The notes beneath the pieces are model-generated. The model did no database searches, was not told the DNA's origin, and was given only the letters and a program-made list of their open reading frames with translations. DNA of 64,000 bases from positions 12,192,001-12,256,000 of the forward strand of contig CP068257.2 in NCBI GenBank assembly GCA_009914755.4, read 5' to 3'. Positions 52,372-61,523 of this stretch are shown piece by piece; position 1 is the stretch's first letter; each line of letters opens with the position of its first letter. The DNA comes from the human T2T-CHM13v2.0 reference genome, Homo sapiens. The position numbers were made by a program, and so were the translations under genes.

Positions 52372-55300
52372 GGTTTAATTGGCTCATGGTTCTGCAGGCT
52401 GTAAAGAAAGCATAGTGGCTTCTGCTTCTGGGAGGACTCAGGAAGCCTCCCAATCACAGCAGTAGGAAAACTGCAATGAAATGTTTCATACAGAAGGAGT
52501 AGGAGCAAGGCTGAGAGAGGAAAGTGGTGCCACACCATCCTGTAACCAGATCTCATGAGAACTCACTATCACTAGGTCAGCATCAAGAAGATGGTGTTTA
52601 ACCATTGGTGAAGGATCCGCCCCCCAACACAGCTCCACCCCCTACCGTTCCAGACAGAAGCCTGCTGCAGAGGCAGAGGCTCTTGGAAATCCTGTACTAT
52701 GGCAGTGCAGAAGGAAAATAAGGGCTTTGAGTGACTATGCAGGAGGCCACCAGCCTCTAGACCCCAGATTCATAGACCTACCAACAGTTCACACCCTCAG
52801 TATGGAAAAGTGATAGGCACTCAACACCAGCCAAGCCCATGAGAGCAGCCATGGGGCCTAAAGCCTCCAAAGCCACAGGCGCACTGCCCTGGTAGAGGTT
52901 TTCCATGAGCCGCTGCCTCTGCAGCAGGCTACACCCCCTTCCTACTACCCACCACCCTCCCACCACCCTACAGCCAGCCTACTCTTCCCCACCCTACCCA
53001 CCCCTTTTTTCTTCCACCCCTACCCCTCCCATTCATGATTAAATAATCTCACACCAGGCCTCACCTCCAACATTTGGGATTACAATTCCACATGAGTTTT
53101 TCCAGGGGCACATAGCCAAATCATATTATGCTGACCTTGACCCCCCCAAATCTCATATCCTTCTCACAGAATAAAATACAATCGTGTCTTTTCAAAGTTT
53201 CCAAAAGCCTTAACTCATTCCCACATTAACTCAAATATAAAAAGTTCAAAGTCTCATCTGAGACAAGGCTACAATCTCTTCTGCATATGAGTCCCTGAAG
53301 TTAAAAGGGTGTTCGTTTCTTTCAAGGTACAATGATGGTACAGGTATTGGGTAAGCTTTCTCAATCCAAAGGGAAGAAATTTCCAAGAAAAATAACACAA
53401 ATGTGACCACAGGCCCAATGGACATCCAAAATCCTGCAGGTCAGTGTTCATTCAATCTCACAGCTCCAAAATCATGAAGAGAACTCACTATCAGAAGGAC
53501 GGCATTAAGGAGATGTTGTTTAACCGTTTGTGAAGGATGCACCCCCACCCCTGCCTTACACCCCCAACCCCACCACAATCCCCTCCAACCCTACCCACCA
53601 CCCAGTCCACCCCAAACCTCCCCACCCCGCCAACCATCCAACCTCCACTCTCCATCATGTTTAAACCACCTTCTACCAGCCCCCACCTTTAACATTTCCC
53701 ATTAACCTTCTGCTTGAACTTTGGTAGAGACAGAGAGCCAAAACATATTATTCTGTCCCTGGTCCCCCAATGCTCATGTCTCTCTCACATTGCAAAATGC
53801 AATGATGCCTTCCCTAGAGTCTCTCCAATCTTAACTCATTCCAGCATTTACTCAAATGCCCAAAGCCCAGAGTATTATCTGAGACAAGTCTACACTCCCT
53901 TCTGCCCATGAGCCACTGATTTGTAAAGCAAGTTTATTACTTCCAAGGTAAATGATTGTACAGGCAATGGGTAAGCAGTCCCAGGCAACAGAAAAAAAGA
54001 AAATTGCTAGAAAGAAGCACAAAACACAGATGGGACTCATAGGATACATAAGTGTCCAAAACCCAGCAGGCCAATCACTCAATCCTACAGCTCCAAAATC
54101 ATCGTTTTTGAATCCTTGTCCCACATCCATGGCACAGGGCTGTGAGGGCTGAGCTCCCAAGGCCTTGGGCAGATCTGACCTGTGGCTTGGCAGCGTTCAG
54201 CCTCTGCAGCTGCCTCTCATGGACAGGGCTACTGTTGAGTGCCCATAGATTTTCCACACTGAGGGTGCAAGCTGTTTGTAGGTCTATGAATCTGGGGTTT
54301 GGACATTGATGCCTCCCTCTGTGGGGGCTTCAACCCTATAAGTCTCTTCTTTGCTCCCCTAGTAGAGGTTCCCCATGAGGTTCTGCCTCTTGGAAAAGCT
54401 TCTTCCTGGACATCCAGGATTTTCTGTACATCTTCTGGAGTCTAGACAGGAGCTCCCAAGCCTCTAGTCTCTTTCTCTGTGCACCTACTGTCTTAACACT
54501 ATGTGGAAACCATCAAGGCTTTGAGCCACCTCTGAAGCAGTGACCCAAGCTGTACCTGTGCATCTTTCAGCCATGACTGGTGCTGGAGCTGCAGGGATGC
54601 AGGCAGCAGTGCCCTGTGGTTGAGCACAGCAGCAGAGCCATGGGACTGGCCCAGGAAACCATTCTTCTCTTCTCTCCTAGGCCCCACGGTCTGTGACAGC
54701 AAGGGCTGCTGCAGAGGTCTCTAAAATACCTTCAAGGCCAGTTTCCCACTGTCTTGGCTGTTTGCACTGGGTTCCTTTTTATGCAAATAACCTAAGCCTT
54801 CTTGAATTTTCCCCCTTAAAATCGGCTTTTCTTTTTGACCACTTGGCCAGGCTCCAAATTTTCCAAATTTTAGATCTCCACTTGAAGTTCCAACTTGAAG
54901 TTATTTCTTAGGTCACACATAAGAACACAGGCTGTTCAATGCAGACAGGACACCTCTTGTGCTATGCTGCCTAGATGTTCATTTCACCAGATACATCCTA
55001 AATCATCACCCCCAAGTTCATAGTTTCACAGATCTCCAGGGCAGGGTCCCTGTGCTGCCACGTCCTTTGCTAAGGCCAATCAAATGTAATATTGGCCCCT
55101 GTTCGTAGGAAATTCCTCATTTTCATCTGAGAACTTTTAAGTCTGGACGTCAGTGTTTACCCTTTTCTCAGCCTTCTGATCACAAGTATTTAACAAGTCT
55201 CTATAGTGGTCCAATATTTTCCTCATCTTGTTGTCTTCTAAGCTTTCCCAACTCTTCCTACCTCTGTCTTTTACCGACTTCTGAACCCGGTTCTACATTG

Positions 55301-55497
55301 TCAGCTATCTTTATCAGAGCCTGGCAATGTGATAAAAGAGAAAAGTCCATTTTCAGGGGGAAAATTCACAAAGGCTTCAGATATTTCCATGAAAATAAGC
55401 TGAGTGCTGGTTGCCAAGACAAAGGGGAAAGGGCCTTGAAGGCATTTCATGGCTCCACTTCACAGCACTAATTTTCTGTATGATCATAAAGAAAAGA
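52372..55497. repeat. Monomer m15 (F-type)
   Basis: ORFs 52320-52556(-), 52778-52966(-) and 53269-53451(-) match 42560-42796, 42997-43206 and 43508-43690 at a +9.76 kb offset. Confidence 0.9.
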
Positions 55498-56452
55498 GGT
55501 TTAATTGGCTCATGGTTCTGCAGGCTGTAAAGGAAGCATAGTGGCTTCTGCTTCTGGGAGGATCAGGAAGCCTCCCAGTCATACCAGAAGGCCAAGGGGC
55601 AAGGAGATGTTTCATATGGCAGGAGTAGAAGCAAGACTGAGAGAGGAAAGAGGTGCCACACCCTGTTATATAACCAGACCTCATGAGAACACACTATCAT
55701 GAGGACAGCGTCAAGAAGATGCTGCCTAACCATTGGTGAAGGATCTGCCTCCCACCCCCACCTCCCAATGTTTCCAGGGAGAAGCCTGCTGCAGACGCAG
55801 AGTTCTTGGGAAACCTCTACTAGGGCAGTGCATTAGGAAAATATGGACTTGGAGCCCCCACACAGGGGACTACCACCCTCCAGACCCCAGATTCATAGAC
55901 CCACCAACAGCTTGCACCCTCCGTGTGGAAAATCTACAGGCACTCAACACTAGTCCAGTCCATGAGAGCAGCCATGTTTCTCAAACCTGCAAAGCCACAG
56001 GTGCACTGCCCTAGTAGGGGTTTTCCATGAGGCTCTGCCTCTGCAGCAGGCTACTCCCCCTTCCTCTACCCACCACCCTCCCACCACCCTACAGCCAGTC
56101 TACTCCCTCCCACCGTACCCACCCCTTTTTCCCTTCCACATCCACCCCCACCCATCCATGATTAAATCAGTCCCTCCCACTCCCTCTCATACTCTTATCC
56201 CTCCAAACCCTTCCAATCTTTGTTTGCTACCCACTACTGAGCCTGCTTCTACTTTTTCAGGTATCTATATAGCAGGTTGGCTATGTAGCAATAACAAAAA
56301 TCCCATTTAAGGGGAAAAATTCAAGAAGATTTCAGAAATTTGCATATAAAGAAGCCCTGTGCTAATAGCCAAGACAAAGGAAAAAAGGCCTTGAAGACAT
56401 TTCACAGCTCCTCTCTGCAGTTCTAATTATCTGTATTATTGTAAATAAAAGA
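55498..56452. repeat. Monomer m16 (truncated and diverged; internal deletion after the LTR-like part)
   Basis: The LTR-like 5' part runs through 'catgattaaatcag' at about 56160. It then jumps to monomer-tail sequence ('...cttccaatctttgtttgctacccactactgagcctgcttctactttttcagg'). Confidence 0.75.
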
Positions 56453-57343
56453 GGTGTAATTTACTCATGGTTCTGCAAGCTGTGAAGGAAGCATAGTGTC
56501 TTCTGTTTCTGGGAGGAATCAGGAAGCCTCCTCATTATATCAGAAAGCCAAGGGAAAATGAGATGCCTCCTAAAGCAGGAGCAGGAGGAAGACAGAGTGA
56601 GGAAAGAGGTTCCACAGCCTGTTAAGGAATCAGATCTCATGAGAACTCACTCACTATCAGGAGGTGATGGTCCTTTATCAAGGTGATGGTCCTTTATCAT
56701 TCGTGAAGGATCTACCTGCACCATTTTATGACTAAATCTTTTTCCACCTAGGCCCCGCCTCTGACATCACAGAATATAATTCCACATGAGTTTTGGTAGG
56801 GACATAGAGAAAAACCATATTATTCTGTCCCTGACCCCACGAATCTCATATCCTTCTCACATTGCAAAATACAATCATGCCTTGCCAGCAGTCTCCCAAA
56901 GTCTTAACTCACTTCAGCATTAACTCAAAGTTACAAGGTCCAAAGTGTCATCTGGGTCAAGGCTACAGTCTCTTTGCCTATGAGTCTCTGAAATAAAAAG
57001 CAAGTTCACTGCTTCTAAGGTACAATGATGGTACAGGCATTGTGTAAGCTTTCCATATCCAAAAGGAAGACATTTTCCAGAAAGCTTCTTATTTCTCTCT
57101 GAGACCTCTTCAGCCTGGCCTTCACTGTCCATGTTTCTGTCAGGATTTTTGTCACAACCATTGAACCAGTCTCTAGGATGGTCCAAAAGTTTTCTCATCT
57201 ATCTGTCTTCTTTTGAGCCCTCCAAATTCTTCCAACCTCCATCCATTACCTGGTTCCAAAGCTGCTTCCACATTTCCAGGTATCTTTATAGCAATGCTCC
57301 AGTCTTCATTTGCCATTTTCTGTATGATTTATTTTGAAAAAGA
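56453..57343. repeat. Monomer m17 (truncated, strongly diverged)
   Basis: 'gaggtgtaatttactcatggttctgcaagctgtgaaggaagcatagtg...ccacatgagttttggtagggacatagagaaaaaccatattattctg' is recognisable but much more diverged than the internal monomers. Confidence 0.7.
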
Positions 57344-57680
57344 GGTTTAATTGTCTCATGGTTCTAAGCACAGTGCTTCTGCTTCTAGGAGGCCTCAGAA
57401 ATCTTTCAATAATCATGGAAGGCAAAGAAAGAATCAGTTCTCTCACATGGCAAGAGGAAAACACAGAGAGTAGGGATGTGACATAGAGTTTTCAGTGACC
57501 AGATCTCATGAGAAGTCACTCATTATTGTGAGCATGGTACAAGGGGATGGTGCTGAACCATTCATGAGAAATTTGCCTTCATAATTCAATCACCTTATAG
57601 CAGGATCCACCTTCCACATTAGGAAATATAACTCAACATGAGATTCGGTGTGGACACATATTCGAATTGCATCATCGATC
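57344..57680 (-). mobile_element. Terminal ERVL-MaLR LTR fragment in reverse-complement orientation; the least derived copy and the right edge of the array
   Basis: 'ggtttaattgtctcatggttct...ggtgctgaaccattcatgagaaatttgcc...aattcaatcacc...cacattaggaaatataactcaacatgagattcggtgtggacacatattcgaattgcatcatcg' parallels the reverse complement of the MaLR LTR consensus 5' end (TGATATGGTTTGGCTGTGTCCCCACCCAAATCTCATCTTGAATTGTAGCTCCCA...). The match is from memory, not a database search. Confidence 0.7.
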
Positions 57681-58269
57681 TTTGAATATAAAGACTTCCA
57701 CAGCAGGCTTTATCCAGCCAACTTCTTTGAGACTCTTTATAGGGTTTGAGGTCTAGAGCACATACACTAAAATATTCATACTTCAAAAAGCAATAAAGTG
57801 GTATTATCATTTTTCCAAAAGTTACAGCGGTAGTTTAGGCATTCATAGCATGATTTAGTTCACATTTGCTACCGTTTCTATTCTATCACCATATTAACTG
57901 TTTCCTATACAATTCTGTATTCAGCTGGATTTCAGTTGAGCACAAAACCATCCTTGTACTAGCTCTTTGCTAGTGTTATTATTCTGCTGTAGAAAGTATC
58001 CTTGAACTGGAAACAGTCCACGATGGAGTATCAAGTCATTCAACACTATCAATTCCTGGGTGACTTTTTGAAAAAGTAGTATCTCTTGTTGCAAGTAATG
58101 CTGCATCTGTGAGTCCATGTCTCTCACTGGAATTGGATGGAAGTGGTGAATTTCAGCCAAAGTGGCCAAAGAAATCCTGTTCCTGTGATTCTGACATCAT
58201 CAGCCTCTGCACCTTTATATTCCCTTCTGCCACTTGTTGTTTGCTCTCCGTGACTTTAGTAAGAGCTTC

Positions 58270-58410
58270 CTTGTGTATGTGGATGATGTCCAGGATGTTG
58301 GTCTGGTGTCCCTGAGACAGCACTAACAGGTCCATGGCTGGGTCCAGGTCCTGCCTGGACTGATTGGCAAAGACCTCACAGACAGTGTGGAAGGCATCTA
58401 TACTCAAGTG
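58270..58410 (-). repeat. Arm 1 of a ~140 bp inverted repeat in the right flank (partner at 58806-58950, spacer ~400 bp)
   Basis: ORF 58153-58431(-) '...[44 protein letters not shown]' against ORF 58593-58952(+) '...[44 protein letters not shown]'. The reverse-complemented DNA of the two is visibly ~90% identical. Confidence 0.8.
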
Positions 58411-58805
58411 AATGGCCTGGTCCAGCTCCAAGGCCTGGCTGAGGCTGAAGAAGAACTGGCAGCCTTCTGATGCTCTTTCTTAAAGCCTGTCACCACTCAT
58501 TGGCTGTGAAGTTGAGCTGAGTGCCCTGTTGTCCATCTTCTTGGTGAAGCACTTGAAGCCGTCAATCTTGCTCTCCCACTCCTAAAGGTTGAGTGTCGCC
58601 CTGGGGGTGGGCTCAGGGTCAGGAAGAATCTGGCACTCACCAACTCATCCTTCTCAGCCTTCCTCTTGCCCTGTCTCCAGGCTGTCTCTTCAGTGCTGGT
58701 GGGGCGCATCAGGAAGTGACAAAAAATGTGGCACTGTGCCTGCATCCAGAAGCTGGCCGTGTGGTTCATCCACCAGATTGGGCCCTTTCTGCACTTGAAC
58801 ATAGA

Positions 58806-58950
58806 CCCCACTTCACCATAGATGCCTTCCACACTGTCAGTGAGCTCTTTGCCAATCAGCCCAGGCAGGACCTGGACCCAGTCATGGACCTGTTAATGCT
58901 GTCTCAGGGACACCAGGCCAACACCCTGGACATCATCCACATACCCAAGT
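58806..58950 (+). repeat. Arm 2 of the right-flank inverted repeat (partner at 58270-58410)
   Basis: Same evidence as for arm 1. Confidence 0.8.
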
Positions 58951-59139
58951 AATCTCTTACCAGAGTCCTTCTCAAGATGGCCTGTGGTCTGCCTCTTGGC
59001 ATCCAAGAAGCCCACAGTGCTGTAGAAGCCCTGATGCATGGAATGGAGCCCCAAAGGCAGCACACACCCCGCTCCTGAGCCTACTGCTCATTTCCTCTAT
59101 GTGGCTCCATTTGCAGCACATTTGTTGCACTGAGGCCTG

Positions 59140-59230
59140 TGCATGCCAGGCAAGGCCAAGCTGACTCAAAGAGCAACCAGCCACCTCTGCAAGGGTGTGC
59201 CAGGAGCCGGTGGACCAGCCACCAACCTTA
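59140..59230 (-). repeat. Arm 1 of a ~90 bp near-perfect inverted repeat (hairpin-forming; partner at 59378-59468, loop ~150 bp)
   Basis: 'gcatgccaggcaaggccaagctgactcaaagagcaaccagccacctctgcaagggtgtgccaggagccggtggaccagccaccaacc' against 'ggtggctggtccacctgctcctggcacacccttgcagaggtaactggttgctctttgagccagcttggcctcacctggcatacacagg'. ORFs 58972-59184(-) and 59376-59657(+) share 'GCSLSQLGL(A/T)WH(A/T)QA'. Confidence 0.85.
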
Positions 59231-59377
59231 CTCCCTGCCAGTCAGGGTAAATCAGTTATTGTGCCCTGGAGGTAGAGCCCCAGTGCCATCCGCTTTTCCT
59301 CAGGCCTCCACTCCATCAGCTGTCAGGTGGTGGTAACTCAGGCTGTGGGAACCTGGCCATCCCTGTTTCCTTTAAGT

Positions 59378-59468
59378 GGGGGAGGTTGGTGGCTGGTCCA
59401 CCTGCTCCTGGCACACCCTTGCAGAGGTAACTGGTTGCTCTTTGAGCCAGCTTGGCCTCACCTGGCAT
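59378..59468 (+). repeat. Arm 2 of the hairpin-forming inverted repeat (partner at 59140-59230)
   Basis: Same evidence as for arm 1. Confidence 0.85.
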
Positions 59469-60417
59469 ACACAGGCCCCGGGTACTGACAAGCTGCTCCG
59501 AGTGAGTTTGTCTTGTCTTGGGCCAAATTCTAAGTCTGGCCAGGGCCACAGAAGGCCAAGTCCCCTGGGTGGTAATCCTGGCTGCTGCAGGGGGGCCTAT
59601 GGTGCCCCTCCCCTCCCAGGGCTCAGGATGAGGTCCAACTGGGACAGGATGCTTTAGGTATGGGACTTGTGCCCCAGGAGGGGGCCTCTGTCACACAGGT
59701 TGGGTGAGAAGATGTATGGCATGCTGCTGGCTGCCAGGGCTGTTGGGATGCACGTTCACCCTTCCCTTCAGGGACCTCAAAGTGACCAGCTTCCCCTTTA
59801 AGAATGACTTCCCAAGGCTCAGGAGCCATCTGGGGCTGCAGAGCAGCTGGCCGCATGCTGCCCTGGCTTCTTCCATGTTGTGCTGGTCACTACCCACCAA
59901 GGGGGTTCAGATGCAGGCACGATGCAGGACGGTTGTCTCTGGACCTGTGTCTTGGTTATCATGGAGCTGGACTGGGCCTGGTGACAGGGCCCTGATGGGG
60001 TTGTCCTGGGTGGTCACGGGGGTGATGAGAAAAGATGCAGAATGGAATTGCTGCGAGGATGGATGAGACGACCGTCAGCACAGAACAGGCACCCGGTGAG
60101 TGTTCAGGGATTCCCCTCAGTAGCTGCCCAGAGGCCAAAACCACCCACCTCATAGTGACTGTCCCCAAGCCAGGAGGAAGAGAGGAGAGCAGGTCCCACT
60201 CACCTGAGTCTGATCAGTGAGCTGTGTTGAGATGTGCCTCTCATCTAGAAAACGGTCCTTCACACAGAGCCACTCACGACACTGCTGTGTGTCTCTAACT
60301 GCTCCACAACACAGAGGCGATGGGGACTCAGCAACAGTGACATTGTGGGGTGACACAACCCACCACAATGGAAGCCTGCTTGGGTCAACAGGGCCCAGAG
60401 TCAGTGTCCTCTATCCC

Positions 60418-60500
60418 CTGAACTGACATGTGTGCATGCAATGTGTTTGTGTATGCATGTGTGCCTGTGTGTGTGTGCGCGCACTTATGTGTGTGTTTGT
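60418..60500. repeat. Impure (TG)n/(TGTGCR)n microsatellite
   Basis: 'atgtgtgcatgcaatgtgtttgtgtatgcatgtgtgcctgtgtgtgtgtgcgcgcacttatgtgtgtgtttgtc'. Confidence 0.85.
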
Positions 60501-60794
60501 CTTGCTTCTCTGGACAGGCCTAGCTTCTCCACTCATGGGTGCACCCAGGTCCTCATCACTGTCACCTTAGAGTGGGGATGCAGACAGAGGAGGGGCACTG
60601 CATAATGCTGAGAGGGCTGGCACCCTCTCTAGGTGGAACACTGGTCATTTGTAAAGTTGTAGGTCTGCCAAGCAGTATTGCATTCAACACATCTTCTCAC
60701 TTTCTCTTTCCAGCCACCCTCCAGGGTGCCCTGACTCACCTTCCCTGCAGATGGAGGTGAGGCTCCACAGACAAACCCCCTACCTGAGGTCACA

Positions 60795-61425
60795 CAGTGG
60801 CCAGCGGGCCAGGTACTGACCAACCGCCGCTGACCAGGTTCCCAGTGATGAGGCCCCTAATGACCACTCCTCCATTGACCAGGTCCCACTGATCAAGTCC
60901 CCACTGACCATGTCTTCCTAACCAGGCCCGCAGTTAATAGGCCTCATGGGCCGGACTCCACTGACCAATTTTCCACTGACCTGGTCCCCAGTGACAAGAC
61001 CAGGTTTCCACTGACAAGACCACTATTTACCAGGTTGCTGCTCACCCGACCCCCCACTGAACAATTCTCCATGGATGAGTCCCCAGCTGACCAAGCCACC
61101 TCTGACCAGGCCCTCACTGACCAGGCTCCAAGCCACCAAGGCCTCACACTGACCAGGCCCCTGGTATACTGTATATGCCCCACCAACCAGTTTTTCATTG
61201 TTTATGTTCCAACCAATCAGGCCCCACTAATAAGGCCACCACTGGCTAGGTCCCCCCACTGACCAGGCTTCCAATGACTAGGTCACCAGGTCCCCACTGA
61301 TGAGGCCTTTACTGAGGAGCCCACCACTAACCAGGCGCCTGCTGATGAGGTCCCAAATGACTAGGTCCTGATGACCAGGTCACCTCTGACCATGGTCCAC
61401 TGACCAGGCCCCTGAGCAGCCGTGC
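60795..61425. repeat. Degenerate minisatellite B, same CCACTGACCAGGYCC-type motif and same orientation as minisatellite A
   Basis: Repeated 'cactgaccaggtcc', 'cactgatcaagtcccc', 'ctgaccaggccctcactgaccaggctcc' and 'cactgaccaggcttcc' units. Confidence 0.8.
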
Positions 61426-61504
61426 TCAAAGTCTTATTACAATGTCCCCCTCAGCTCACAGACCCTCCCTCCCTGCATGTGGGCCCAGAGGTCAGGCCCT
61501 GGGG

Positions 61505-61523
61505 TTTTTTTTTTTTTTTTTTT
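61505..61523. repeat. Poly(T)19 homopolymer flanked by G-runs
   Basis: 'ggggtttttttttttttttttttgggaaatgg'. Confidence 0.9.

Larger units (their letters stand above)
45789..55497. repeat. Higher-order repeat copy 3, shortened to ~9.7 kb (A, B/E hybrid, F) by loss of ~9.8 kb (3' part of B, all of C and D, 5' part of E)
   Basis: The offset to copy 2 is +19.55 kb up to about 51,500 and +9.76 kb after it. Confidence 0.85.
3872..57680. repeat. Macrosatellite array of 19 tandem monomers (~3.1-3.5 kb each, terminal ones truncated), MaLR-LTR-derived, organised in ~19.5 kb six-monomer higher-order repeats
   Basis: The landmark 'ggtttaa(t/c)tggctcatg' recurs at 6883, 9995, 13497, 16362, 19781, 23053, 26236, 29332, 32822, 35871, 39346, 42612, 45789, 48877, 52372, 55498, 56453 and 57344. 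ORF translations recur at +19.35 kb and +19.55 kb offsets, for example 7765-7947(-), 27115-27297(-) and 46671-46853(-) 'MDTGLLGFGLVLGLWSHLCFLP...'. Confidence 0.93.

Noticed and set aside
3872-57680. CRISPR array
   Set aside because: The repeat units are 3.1-3.5 kb, not 25-50 bp. There is no short direct repeat alternating with unique spacers, and the context is eukaryotic.
3872-57680. Centromeric alpha-satellite, telomeric, subtelomeric or rDNA identity for the array
   Set aside because: There is no 171-bp periodicity, no TTAGGG arrays and no rRNA-like conserved blocks. The unit is kb-scale and LTR-derived.
3872-57680. A D4Z4/DUX4-like or other gene-bearing macrosatellite
   Set aside because: There is no homeobox-like or other conserved ORF in the monomers, and the sequence is CpG-poor rather than CpG-island-like.
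58150-58960. A processed pseudogene of a known protein (tubulin, ferritin, 14-3-3 and apolipoprotein were tried from memory) underlying the ORFs '...[44 protein letters not shown]...'
   Set aside because: No convincing alignment to any family I could recall. The ORF similarity is explained by the inverted duplication itself. The region is left unassigned.
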